Assembly: GCA_009841015.1 (NCBI GenBank)
Contig: VXMQ01000016.1
Location: forward strand, 1,419 to 65,418
Length of the DNA: 64,000 nucleotides
Direction of reading: 5' to 3'
Source of the DNA: Candidatus Palauibacter denitrificans
GTDB lineage: Bacteria > Gemmatimonadota > Gemmatimonadetes > Palauibacterales > Palauibacteraceae
Part shown: piece after piece, positions 42,601 through 51,449 of the stretch
Numbering within the stretch: position 1 is the first letter of the stretch
Layout of the letters: the number at the start of each line of letters is the position of its first letter
Program-made: the position numbers and the translations under genes
The notes under the pieces: model-generated
What the model was told of the DNA's origin: nothing
Seen by the model: only the letters and a program-made list of their open reading frames with translations
Databases searched by the model: none

Positions 42601-43179
42601 ATGAATATGACCGGGTTCGGAATCGGCGAGATCCTCCTCATCGCGATGCTCGTGCTCATCGTGTTCGGGCCGCGCCGCCTCCCGGAGATCACCCGCACCA
42701 TCGGCAAGGGGATCCGCGAGTTCCGGAAGGGGATGAACGAGATCCAGCGCGAACTCGAGGCCGCCGGGCGGGAGACGCAGTGGAAGTCGCCGCCCGCGCC
42801 TGCGAAACCCCCGACGGCGAGCCGCGAGACGATCGCCGGAACCGCCACCGCCGCCGGAACCGCGGCGACCGCAGGGGGGTCCACTGCCGCCGCGGAGCCT
42901 GCCACCGCGGAGAAGGCGGAGGGCGAAGAGGGCGTTTCCGAACAGACTGCCGGTCCGGTTGTGGAGGAACAGGAACCGCCGACGCCGCGAGATGAGGTGG
43001 ATCCGGCTCAGGAGTTCATCGATCCCTGGTCCACGGATTCCTCGCGTCCGACGTTCGGCCCCAAACCCTCCTCGGAGCCCGTCATCGCCCCGCCGACGAC
43101 GGAGCCCGCGCCGACGAACGATGCGGCCGAACCGACTGAACCGCCTGAAGGAGAGGATCCGGCGACGGACCCTCGATGA
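42601..43179 (+). CDS. tatA: Twin-arginine translocase TatA/TatB-family protein with a long Pro/Ala/Thr/Glu-rich tail
   Basis: GIGEILLIAMLVLIVFGPRRLPE followed by an amphipathic helix. At 192 aa it is longer than typical TatA. Confidence 0.8.
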   Translation: MNMTGFGIGEILLIAMLVLIVFGPRRLPEITRTIGKGIREFRKGMNEIQRELEAAGRETQWKSPPAPAKPPTASRETIAGTATAAGTAATAGGSTAAAEPATAEKAEGEEGVSEQTAGPVVEEQEPPTPRDEVDPAQEFIDPWSTDSSRPTFGPKPSSEPVIAPPTTEPAPTNDAAEPTEPPEGEDPATDPR

Positions 43180-44701
43180 GAGCGCGGTAACGGCGGTTAT
43201 CCCCTTCCAGCGCCCGCAGCAACTCGACTGCCGAGGGCGCTCGGGTTTCAGGCAGGTCCGGGAACCCGGGACCCGCGATGCGCGCGCGCGGCGGCTCCGC
43301 GTCGGTTCCGGCGGTCCCGCGGAACTCGATCTCCAGCCGGCGGCCGCGCTCGCACGGGTCGCAAAGGAGGCCGTCCTCCGCCGCGGCACCGTCGACGGTC
43401 CACGATCCCGCCTCACCTCGCACGGTGAAGCCGGCGAGAGCGTCCGGAACCCGCAACCTGCCGCGCCACACGCCGTCCGCCCCCGCCTCGAGCGCCAGGT
43501 CCAGCGCCCCGTGGAGCGCCCTCAGCACGGGCGCCGCGGGCATGCGGCCCTCGCCATCTCCGTCTCCGCCGTCCCAGCGGAACTCGCCCTTCATGCCGTC
43601 GTCGCGCAGCGCGGCCTCACGGAGCTTCCGGAACGGGATGACGCCCTCGAAGGAGACGGGCACGCCCGGCTCGAGGTCGTTGGATGCGGCGACGAACGAC
43701 TCGTCCGCGAGGCGCAACTCCACGGAACCCTGTCTCGGCGCCGGGGCACGGGGTTCCGGCCGGCCCAGCAGTTGCGCGACCATCCGCGCCCGCATTCCCT
43801 CCGGGTCGGTCGGACCGGTTTCGTCTTCCCCCTCACCGGCCTCACCCGCTTCGCCCGCCTCGCCCGCCCCGCCCGGGGCGCCGCCGCTCCGGCGGGGAAG
43901 ATCGAAGGGGTTCCGGAATCCGAGCGGGGGACGCTGGACCCCTGGGGCGCCGGCGCCGTCCATACGGGCCTCGAACTCGCCACCCCAGCTCGCGAGTTCG
44001 TAGCGGATGGCGGCCTGCAGATCGTCGTCGTCCGGGTGCCAGGCGAGCCCGGTGATGCGGGGGGTGGAGACCGTCACGACGCCCGCGGGCCAGGTCGGCC
44101 GCACGCCGGGAGGCCGGGAGGCCTGTACGGTCAACCGGTCGTCGGAGCGCTCGTCGCGCCGCGGTCGCACGTTCGGCCCCGTGTCCCGGGAGAGCCGCGC
44201 GGAGAGCGTGCGTGCGCAGCCCGGTTCGCCGTCGAGCACGACGAGGAGCGTGTTCCAACCCGCCGCCAGCCGCACTTCGTGCGCGGTTCCCGGGTCCGCG
44301 ATGGACTGCGCGTTCAACCACGCCTCAAGGCGCGTGCAGGGCTCAACGCCCAGTTCGAGCCGCACGCTCGCGTCCGCCGGTGACTTCAGGTACACGTGGG
44401 CGAGCGTCGCCTGCCCGGCTTCCGAGAACTCCGAGAAATCCAGCGTCGCCTGTCCGTCGCGGCGAAAGAGGGACCACGTGCCGGCGGCGGTGTCGAGGTT
44501 CCGGTCCGGGAAGCGGTCCGGCCCCGCCACGGGAAGCGGGTGGTCCCCCGCCGCGTGCTCCGCGCCCGTGACCAGCCAGCGGTCGACCGGGACCTCCTGG
44601 GCCCACGCGGCGTCGGGGGCGAGCGCGCACACTCCCGAGGCGGAGAGCAGGAGCGAAAGCAGAGTTCGTCGAGCCGGGCGATGCATCGTGTATTCCCTCA
44701 T
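43082..44701 (-). CDS. Hypothetical secreted protein (539 aa)
   Basis: Signal peptide TLLSLLLSASGVCALAPDAAWAQE. No named domain recognised. The 3' end overlaps tatA by 98 nt (convergent). Confidence 0.5.
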   Translation of the reverse strand: MREYTMHRPARRTLLSLLLSASGVCALAPDAAWAQEVPVDRWLVTGAEHAAGDHPLPVAGPDRFPDRNLDTAAGTWSLFRRDGQATLDFSEFSEAGQATLAHVYLKSPADASVRLELGVEPCTRLEAWLNAQSIADPGTAHEVRLAAGWNTLLVVLDGEPGCARTLSARLSRDTGPNVRPRRDERSDDRLTVQASRPPGVRPTWPAGVVTVSTPRITGLAWHPDDDDLQAAIRYELASWGGEFEARMDGAGAPGVQRPPLGFRNPFDLPRRSGGAPGGAGEAGEAGEAGEGEDETGPTDPEGMRARMVAQLLGRPEPRAPAPRQGSVELRLADESFVAASNDLEPGVPVSFEGVIPFRKLREAALRDDGMKGEFRWDGGDGDGEGRMPAAPVLRALHGALDLALEAGADGVWRGRLRVPDALAGFTVRGEAGSWTVDGAAAEDGLLCDPCERGRRLEIEFRGTAGTDAEPPRARIAGPGFPDLPETRAPSAVELLRALEGDNRRYRALIEGPSPDPLLQAVQSVRPHRSSARAPSSAGR

Positions 44702-44703
44702 TT

Positions 44704-44744
44704 GGCCGTTACCTGTGTGGCCGTTATCCGGGTAGCCGTCATCC
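44704..44744. repeat. Three direct repeats with exact 15-nt period (GGCCGTTACC / GGCCGTTATCC / AGCCGTCATCC)
   Basis: Copies start at 44704, 44719 and 44734, immediately upstream of the 539-aa gene start. Confidence 0.7.
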
Positions 44745-44834
44745 GCGGGCGGACAATCTCCAGACGGTTCAACATGGGGCTCTCGTCACACGATGCGCAC
44801 CCGGACCTCGCTCGCGTGACCTCGCCGGCCGCCC

Positions 44835-44867
44835 GATTTCGGTTGTCGCCTGGTTTCGGTTGCCGCC
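44835..44867. repeat. Two 16-nt direct repeats with 17-nt period (GATTTCGGTTGTCGCC / GGTTTCGGTTGCCGCC)
   Basis: 14 of 16 positions identical. They end about 29 nt upstream of the FeS-subunit ATG. Confidence 0.7.
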
Positions 44868-44895
44868 CGTGAGCGCCACGAACAACTTGGTCATC

Positions 44896-45420
44896 ATGCA
44901 CAAGGTGGTGGAACTGCGGGTGAACGGAGACCGGCGCCGGGTCGGAGTACCGTCCCACTACACCCTCCTCGAGACCCTCCGCTACGGGCTCGGCCTCACC
45001 GGATCGAAGCAGGGGTGCGACAAGGGGGATTGCGGGGCGTGCACGGTGCTCCGCGATGGCGAGGCGGTGCTCTCCTGCATCATGCCGGTGCACGAGGCCA
45101 CGGGTCACGAGATCACGACGGTCGAAGGACTCGCGGACGCGTCCGGCCCCCACCCGCTCCAGGACGCCTTCGATCTCACGGGAGGGGCGCAATGCGGCTT
45201 CTGTACACCGGGCATTCTCTGCTCGGCCCACGGGCTGCTGGCCCGGGATCCGGACCCCGCTCGCGAGGACATCGCGCGGGCGCTCTCCGGCAATCTCTGC
45301 CGCTGCACCGGCTATACGAAGATTTTCGAGGCCGTGGACATCGCGGCCGAGGCGATCCGCACCGGCGAGACCCCCGAGGAGATCGTCACCCGGCGGCGCG
45401 ATCCGACGGGGACCGCATGA
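44896..45420 (+). CDS. [2Fe-2S]-binding small subunit (CoxS-like), no signal peptide
   Basis: GCDKGDCGACTV, CGFCTPG and CRCTGY. The ATG at 44896 (MHKVVELRVNG) fits the family N-terminus. Confidence 0.88.
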   Translation: MHKVVELRVNGDRRRVGVPSHYTLLETLRYGLGLTGSKQGCDKGDCGACTVLRDGEAVLSCIMPVHEATGHEITTVEGLADASGPHPLQDAFDLTGGAQCGFCTPGILCSAHGLLARDPDPAREDIARALSGNLCRCTGYTKIFEAVDIAAEAIRTGETPEEIVTRRRDPTGTA

Positions 45421-45986
45421 CTTCGCCCCCGTCGCGATGCGGGCACGCGCCGCGCACCGTCGTCGGCGCGCTCGCGGGATTCTTCATCTTCCTGCCGCTG
45501 GCCGCCGGAGCCGCCGCCCAGACTCCCGAAGAGCGCCTCGCCGAACTAGGGATCGAACTCCCGACACCGGACGCCCCGACCGCCAACTTCGTGAAGGCCG
45601 TGACGACCGGGAATCTCGTCTTCCTCGCCGGGCACGGCCCGTGCGGCGGCCTCGACGAGACCAACACCGGGAAGGTCGGCCTCGACCACACCGTCGAGGA
45701 GGGCTACGCGATCGCGCGCTGGGTCGGCGTCTGCCTCCTGGCGTCGCTCGCCCGGGAGATCGGCGACCTCTCCCGCGTGAAGCGCATCGTGCGCGTGCTC
45801 GGGATGGTGAACACGCCGCCCGACTTCACGCAGCACTCACAGGTCATCAACGGCTACTCCGACCTGATGGAACAGGTGTTCGGCCCGGCGATCTCGAAGC
45901 ACGCCCGCGCGGCCGTCGGCATGGCGTCGCTCCCGCGCGACCAGTCGGTCGAGATCGAGATGCTGGTCGAACTCCACGATCCCTGA
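45417..45986 (+). CDS. RidA/YjgF-family protein with N-terminal signal or TM segment
   Basis: ATGA overlap with the FeS gene. LPTPDAPTANFVKAVTTGNLVFLAGHGP ... ARAAVGMASLPRDQSVEIE pattern. Confidence 0.7.
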   Translation: MTSPPSRCGHAPRTVVGALAGFFIFLPLAAGAAAQTPEERLAELGIELPTPDAPTANFVKAVTTGNLVFLAGHGPCGGLDETNTGKVGLDHTVEEGYAIARWVGVCLLASLAREIGDLSRVKRIVRVLGMVNTPPDFTQHSQVINGYSDLMEQVFGPAISKHARAAVGMASLPRDQSVEIEMLVELHDP

Positions 45987-46027
45987 TCGCTCGGCCGCAT
46001 GCGTCAGGATATTCCGAAGGCGTGGCT

Positions 46028-47503
46028 ATGAGCGGGCGGGGGCGGACGTCTGCCCGAATGGGTGCATGCGTCGCCGTCGTTCTGCTCGCCGGGTGCGGAG
46101 GCTCCGGAGATCCGGCTTCGTCTTCCGACCTCGCGCGCGGGATCGACGCCGTGTTCGCCGACCTCGACCGCCCGGGCTCGCCGGGCGCCGCCGTGTCGGT
46201 CATCCGGGACGGCGAGATCGTTCACTCGCGCGGCTACGGCTACGCCCAGATCGAGCATAGCGTCCCCGTCACCCCGCGCACGGTCTTCCACGTCGCCTCG
46301 GTGTCGAAGCAGTTCACGGCCATGGCGGTGACGATGCTCGCGGCCGAAGGGGCGCTCTCGCTGGACGACCGTGTGCAGGCGCACCTCGGGTTCGTCCCCG
46401 AGTTCGAGCATCCGGTCACCGTCCGGCAGATGATCCACCACACGAGCGGGATCCGGGACCAGTGGCAGCTTCTCGGGATCTCCGGCTGGCGCCTCGACGA
46501 CGTGATCACGACGGAACAGATCCTCGGCCTCATGTCGCGCCAGCGGGAACTCAACTTCGTGCCTGGTTCGGAATACCTCTACTCCAACATGGGCTACACC
46601 CTCCTCGCCCGGACGGCGGCGGCGGTCAGCGGCATGTCCTTCCCGGAGTTCACGGCCGCGAGGATCTTCCGGCCGCTCGGCATGGACCGCACCCACTTCC
46701 ACGACGACCACGAACACATCGTCCCCGGTCGCGCCTACTCCTACCGGCCCGCATCCGGGGACGGAGACGGTGCGGAGTACACCAAGGCGGTCCTCAGCTA
46801 CGCGAACGCGGGGGCGACCAGCCTCTTCACGACCGCGGACGACCTCGCGCGCTGGCTCGACAACTTCCGGCACGAGACGGTCGGCGGCCCCGAAGTGATG
46901 GAGATGATGACGACGCGCGGGGTCCTGAACGGCGGAGATACGATCCCCTACGCGCACGGCCTCAGCATCGGCGACCACCGGGGGCTGCGCACGGTGGGGC
47001 ACGGGGGCGCCGACGCGGGGTTCCGGACGCAGGCGACCTGGTATCCCGAGGCGAACGTCGGGGTCGTCGTCCTCACGAACGTGGCCAACGGCAACCCGGG
47101 TGGCCGGGTGCGGCAGGTGGCGGAGGTCGTCCTCGCCGAGGTCTTTCCCGAGGCGGAGCCGGAGGAGGAGGGGGATACGCCTTCTCCGGCCGCCGATTCC
47201 GTCCCGCCCCCGACGCCGGACCCCGCGACGCTGGCCGAGTACGCGGGCACCTACTACAGCCCGGAACTCGACGCTCTGTACCACCTCGAGGCGACGGACG
47301 AGGGGCTCGTCGCGCGCCACATACGGCACGGCGACATCGCCCTCGAACCGCGCGCCCGCGACGAATTCGCCACGGACCGCTGGTTCATGCGCCAGGTGCG
47401 CTTCGAGCGCGCGCCGGACGGCTCCGTCTCGGCGATGCGAGTGGGCGGCGGCCGGGTCCGAAACCTGCTCTTCATCAAGCTCACCCGCCCGCTCCCCCGG
47501 TAG
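46028..47503 (+). CDS. Serine hydrolase, beta-lactamase family, lipoprotein with an extra C-terminal domain
   Basis: Lipobox LLAGCGG. SxxK motif VASVSKQFTA and YSN motif (YLYSNMGY). Confidence 0.78.
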   Translation: MSGRGRTSARMGACVAVVLLAGCGGSGDPASSSDLARGIDAVFADLDRPGSPGAAVSVIRDGEIVHSRGYGYAQIEHSVPVTPRTVFHVASVSKQFTAMAVTMLAAEGALSLDDRVQAHLGFVPEFEHPVTVRQMIHHTSGIRDQWQLLGISGWRLDDVITTEQILGLMSRQRELNFVPGSEYLYSNMGYTLLARTAAAVSGMSFPEFTAARIFRPLGMDRTHFHDDHEHIVPGRAYSYRPASGDGDGAEYTKAVLSYANAGATSLFTTADDLARWLDNFRHETVGGPEVMEMMTTRGVLNGGDTIPYAHGLSIGDHRGLRTVGHGGADAGFRTQATWYPEANVGVVVLTNVANGNPGGRVRQVAEVVLAEVFPEAEPEEEGDTPSPAADSVPPPTPDPATLAEYAGTYYSPELDALYHLEATDEGLVARHIRHGDIALEPRARDEFATDRWFMRQVRFERAPDGSVSAMRVGGGRVRNLLFIKLTRPLPR

Positions 47504-47531
47504 GCGCTCGGCGTCATCCGCCGGGCACGGG

Positions 47532-48092
47532 TTACGCGCCGCCGGGGGGTTCCTCTGCGGCGAGCCGGTCGATGACGAGGGGGGTGATATCGACGCGTTC
47601 ACTGAACAGGATGATGATAGGGCTCGTCGCGTTCAGGATCAGGTCGTAGCCCAGTTCCGCCTGGATCTGCTCGATCACCGGGGCGAGTTCCGCGCGAATC
47701 CGCTCGCGGCCGTCGTTCTGCAGCGCGGTCGCCTCTTCCTGCTTGTCCTGCTGGTAGCGCTGGAAGGCCGTGAGGGCGTCCTGGTACTCCCGTTCGAGCA
47801 CGCGACGCTCGTCGACCGTCAGGCTGTCCGCCTCGGCGACGCGCAGCTCGATCGCACGCACCGCGTCCTGGCGCACCTGCAGCTCGGCGGCGAGTGCCTG
47901 CTGGAAGTCAGTGAGTTGCTGCGCGAGCGCCTGTCCCGCCGGCGAGCCGAACGCGGCGGCGTCCAGATCGATGACGCCGATGCTGAGCGGCGCGTCGGCG
48001 GCCTCGCCCTCGGCCTGTCCCGCCAGCGTCGCCGGCGCCAGCGCCAGAAGCAGGGTGGCGAACGAAAACACAAGACGTGCGTACCTTTCCAT
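47532..48092 (-). CDS. OmpH/Skp-family periplasmic chaperone
   Basis: Signal peptide followed by a Gln/Glu/Ala-rich coiled-coil of Skp-like length. ATG 48092 after GAGGGAGAA. Confidence 0.6.
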   Translation of the reverse strand: MERYARLVFSFATLLLALAPATLAGQAEGEAADAPLSIGVIDLDAAAFGSPAGQALAQQLTDFQQALAAELQVRQDAVRAIELRVAEADSLTVDERRVLEREYQDALTAFQRYQQDKQEEATALQNDGRERIRAELAPVIEQIQAELGYDLILNATSPIIILFSERVDITPLVIDRLAAEEPPGGA

Positions 48093-48183
48093 CGTTCTCC
48101 CTCTATTGGAACCTTCCACGGCGGGTCTACCCTTCGGGGGACCGCACCGGTTTCGTCGTCACGGACCACGAAAGTAACGCGAT

Positions 48184-49755
48184 ATGTCTGATCGAACGAA
48201 ATACCGCCGCCATCGCGTGCGAACGCTTCGCCTCCTGGCGGCGCTGACCCCGGGAATCGCGGGGGGCGCCGGCGCTCCCGAACGGGTCGCCGCGCAGGCG
48301 GCCATGGGCGCGGCGGAAGAGCCGGCCACCGTCCTGTTCACGAACGCGACGCTCGTCGACGGGACCGGTGCGCCCGGATATGTCGGGGACTTGCTCATCG
48401 AGGGCGGACGCATCGCGGCGCTTGGCGCCCCGGGCTCCGTCGAGGCTCCGCCCGACGCGGAACGGCGCGACCTCACGGGTCTCGTCCTCGCCCCGGGCTT
48501 CATCGACATCCACAACCACTCCACGACGCGCCTGTTCGACTTCCCGCTCGCCGCGACCCAGCTCGCGCAGGGCATCACGACGATCGTGGTCGGTGCGGAC
48601 GGCTCCTCGCCCTGGCCCATCTCCGACTACCTCGGGCGCATCGACGAACTCCGGCCGACGGTGGATGTCGCGACGCTCGTCGGGCACGGGACCGTGCGCA
48701 GTCTCGTGATGGATGAGGACTTCCGGCGCACCGCGACCGACGCCGAGATCGCGGACATGACGGTGCGCGTCGAGCGAGGGATGACGGAGGGCGCGTTCGG
48801 CCTCTCGAGCGGCCTCGAATACGATCCCGGCTTCTACTCCTCCACCGGCGAGTTGATCGCCCTCGCGCGGGCCGCGGCGGGCCACGGCGGCTTCTACATG
48901 ACCCACATGCGCGACGAGGAGGAGGGACTCCTCGAGGCGGTCGACGAGGCCATCCGCATCGGGCGTGAGGCGGGCCTTCCCGTGCAGATGTCGCACATCA
49001 AGGCGGGCAACGCCTCCGTATGGGGAAGGGCGCCCGACGTGCTGGAGCGGATTCGGCGGGCCAACGAGGAGGAGGAACTGGACGTGACGGCGGACCAGTA
49101 CCCGTACGCGGCGTGGCAATCCGGGCTCGCGATCGTCGTCCGTTCGAGGATGTTCTCGAACCCCGATTCCGTGGCGAAGGGAATCGCCGCGGCGGGCGGC
49201 GGGAACCGGCTGCAGATCGTCGCCTTCTGGTCCGAACCCGAGTTGAACGGACTGCGGCTCGACGAGATCGCCCGGCGCCGGGGGATGACGGACGTTGAAG
49301 CCTACATGTGGATCATGGAGAACGGGGGCTCCGGGCTCATCGGCCACACGATGAACGAGGAGGACGTCGATACGTTCATGGCCTCGGAGTGGGTGATGAC
49401 GGCGAGCGACGGCGGGGTGCGGAGCGCGCACCCGCGCGGGGCGGGGACCTTCCCGCGCGTGCTGGGCCACTACGCGCGGGAGCGCGGCATCCTGACGCTG
49501 GAGCGGGCGGTGCAGCGCGGGACCTCGATGCCGGCGCGGCGGCTGGGGCTCGACGACCGGGGCGTGCTCCGCGCCGGAGCCCGGGCGGACCTCGTGATCT
49601 TCGACCCGGAGCGCGTGGTGGACCGGTCGACGTTCGACAACGGGACCCGGCAGGCGGAAGGCGTGGAGAGCGTGTGGCTCGGCGGCATCGAGACCTGGTC
49701 CGCCGGCGAGCCGACCGGCGCCCGCCCCGGCCGCGCAATCCGCCACGCGCGCTGA
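48184..49755 (+). CDS. N-acyl-D-amino-acid deacylase (D-aminoacylase) family amidohydrolase
   Basis: NATLVDGTGAPGYVGDLLIEGGRIAALG...LAPGFIDIHNHS and an overall length typical of the family. Confidence 0.8.
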   Translation: MSDRTKYRRHRVRTLRLLAALTPGIAGGAGAPERVAAQAAMGAAEEPATVLFTNATLVDGTGAPGYVGDLLIEGGRIAALGAPGSVEAPPDAERRDLTGLVLAPGFIDIHNHSTTRLFDFPLAATQLAQGITTIVVGADGSSPWPISDYLGRIDELRPTVDVATLVGHGTVRSLVMDEDFRRTATDAEIADMTVRVERGMTEGAFGLSSGLEYDPGFYSSTGELIALARAAAGHGGFYMTHMRDEEEGLLEAVDEAIRIGREAGLPVQMSHIKAGNASVWGRAPDVLERIRRANEEEELDVTADQYPYAAWQSGLAIVVRSRMFSNPDSVAKGIAAAGGGNRLQIVAFWSEPELNGLRLDEIARRRGMTDVEAYMWIMENGGSGLIGHTMNEEDVDTFMASEWVMTASDGGVRSAHPRGAGTFPRVLGHYARERGILTLERAVQRGTSMPARRLGLDDRGVLRAGARADLVIFDPERVVDRSTFDNGTRQAEGVESVWLGGIETWSAGEPTGARPGRAIRHAR

Positions 49756-49815
49756 CCGCCCGCCCCGGCGCGCACCGCGCTCGCGGGGCAGCAGGGGCCT
49801 CAGTCGGCGGACGTC

Positions 49816-50220
49816 TCAGTCGGCGGCAGCCTCCCCACGCTCGGCGGTCGCGACGATCTCGATGCCGCCGCGCACGTTCTGTTCCACCTCGACGCGCACC
49901 CGGCGCGGCGCCACGGCGTAGACCACATCGTCGGCGATGCGGGCCGCGAGCGTCTCGCAGAACTCCCCCTCGTCGCGGAAGGACCACAGGTAGAACTTGA
50001 GCGCCTTCGACTCCAGGCAGCGGTCGCGCGGCTCGTAGTCGATCGTCACCCGCCCGAAGTCCGGCTGTCCCGTCTTCGGGCACAGCGACGTGAACTCCAG
50101 CGCCCGCAGCCGGACGCGCTGCACGTCGGCCGCCGGGATCGCCTCCGCGCGCAGCGTCTCGCGTCCCTCCTCGGGGTCCCGGGGCCGCGGCAGCGGACCC
50201 GCGGCGGGGAGTCTCGTCAT
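49816..50220 (-). CDS. queF: NADPH-dependent 7-cyano-7-deazaguanine reductase
   Basis: SLCPKTGQPDFG and ESKALKFYLWSFR motifs; unimodular QueF size. Confidence 0.9.
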   Translation of the reverse strand: MTRLPAAGPLPRPRDPEEGRETLRAEAIPAADVQRVRLRALEFTSLCPKTGQPDFGRVTIDYEPRDRCLESKALKFYLWSFRDEGEFCETLAARIADDVVYAVAPRRVRVEVEQNVRGGIEIVATAERGEAAAD

Positions 50221-51449
50221 CCGTCCTCCGTCCCTTCATCCATCTCTTCATCGTTCCGCGTCATCGCGTCGACGGTCGTGGCGGCGGCCATGTGGCCGAT
50301 GACGTTGGTTGCCGAGCGGAAGACGTCGGGGACGCGGTCGATCCCGAGCAGGATCCCGAGTCCGGCCAGCGGCACGCCCACCAGGTCGAGCGCCGGCACC
50401 ATCGACACGATGCTCGCGCTCGGCACGGGTGCCACCGTCATGGCGGCGAGGAAGATCGCGAGGACCGCCGCGGCGATCAGCCCCGCGTCGAGCGGGACCC
50501 CGTACATGGCGGCGAGGAAGACGAGCGACGCGCTCTGGAAGAGGGCGCTCCCCGGGCGGTTGATCGAGGCCGCCAGCGGCAGGATCAGCCGGTAGCGGTC
50601 CCGCCGGAGCCCCAGCTTCTCCGCCTCCTGCAGCATCATCGGCAACGTGCCCACCGACGTCGTCGTGGAGAAGCCCACCGTGTACGTCCCCACCGTGCCG
50701 CGGATGAAGCGCCCCGCCGGCATGCCGCCCACGAAGCGGACCATCGGCAGCAGGATGAGACCCTTGAGGATGAAGAGGCCCACGACGACCGCGAGGATGA
50801 AGACGGCGAGGTTCTGGAGCAGCGCCAGCCCCGTGCGCGCCACGACCGGCGCCGCGAGACCGAACACGCCCACGGGCGCCGTCCACAGGACCCAGTTCAT
50901 GAGCTTGATGAGCGCGTCGCCGGCCGACTCCGCGAATCCCGTAAGCAACTCCCGCTTCTCCCGCGGCAGCGTCGTCGTGGCCGCCGCGAGAAGGACGGTG
51001 AAGATGAGGATCGAGAGCAGCGAGCCGTCCGCCGCCGCCTGTATCGGGTTCCTCGGCACGAGGTTCACGAGGAAGTCGACGACGCCCGGGTTCGTCGTGT
51101 TCAACTCCGTCGTCGGGGTCGGGGGCGGCACCGGCGCCGTGAAGGTGAGCGCGAAACCCATCACGCCCATCCCGATGAGGATCGCCGGCAGCGTCGTGAC
51201 CCAGAAGAAGCCGACCGAGAGGCCGCCGATCCGCCCCAGCTTGCGGAGGTTCCCGATCCGTCCCACGCCGACGAACACGACCGCGGCCACGAGCGGAATC
51301 ACGACCATCTGGATCGCGCGCAGGAAGACCTGGCCGAGCGGTGCGACGGCCTCGGCCGCCCGCAGGAGCGCGGGAGATCCGGTGGCGGAGGCGGCGACTC
51401 CGAGCCCCAGCCCGAGTACGAGACCGATGAGGATGGCGCGCGTGTTCAT
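50217..51449 (-). CDS. Dicarboxylate/amino acid:cation symporter (DAACS family)
   Basis: About 8 TM segments plus re-entrant loops. The STTTSVGTLPMM motif region resembles the SSxATLP loop. ATGA overlap with queF. Confidence 0.8.
   Translation of the reverse strand: MNTRAILIGLVLGLGLGVAASATGSPALLRAAEAVAPLGQVFLRAIQMVVIPLVAAVVFVGVGRIGNLRKLGRIGGLSVGFFWVTTLPAILIGMGVMGFALTFTAPVPPPTPTTELNTTNPGVVDFLVNLVPRNPIQAAADGSLLSILIFTVLLAAATTTLPREKRELLTGFAESAGDALIKLMNWVLWTAPVGVFGLAAPVVARTGLALLQNLAVFILAVVVGLFILKGLILLPMVRFVGGMPAGRFIRGTVGTYTVGFSTTTSVGTLPMMLQEAEKLGLRRDRYRLILPLAASINRPGSALFQSASLVFLAAMYGVPLDAGLIAAAVLAIFLAAMTVAPVPSASIVSMVPALDLVGVPLAGLGILLGIDRVPDVFRSATNVIGHMAAATTVDAMTRNDEEMDEGTEDG

Noticed and set aside
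43082-43179. 98-nt convergent overlap between the tatA-like gene and the 539-aa gene
   Set aside because: Both overlapping tails are low-complexity sequence. This is most likely stop-codon scarcity extending one or both ORFs past their functional ends rather than a meaningful overlap.
49799-49826. 12-nt direct repeat CTCAGTCGGCGG x2, separated by ACGT, at the queF stop
   Set aside because: It is a small duplication of the queF 3' end in a convergent 60-nt spacer. No structural or regulatory implication could be argued.
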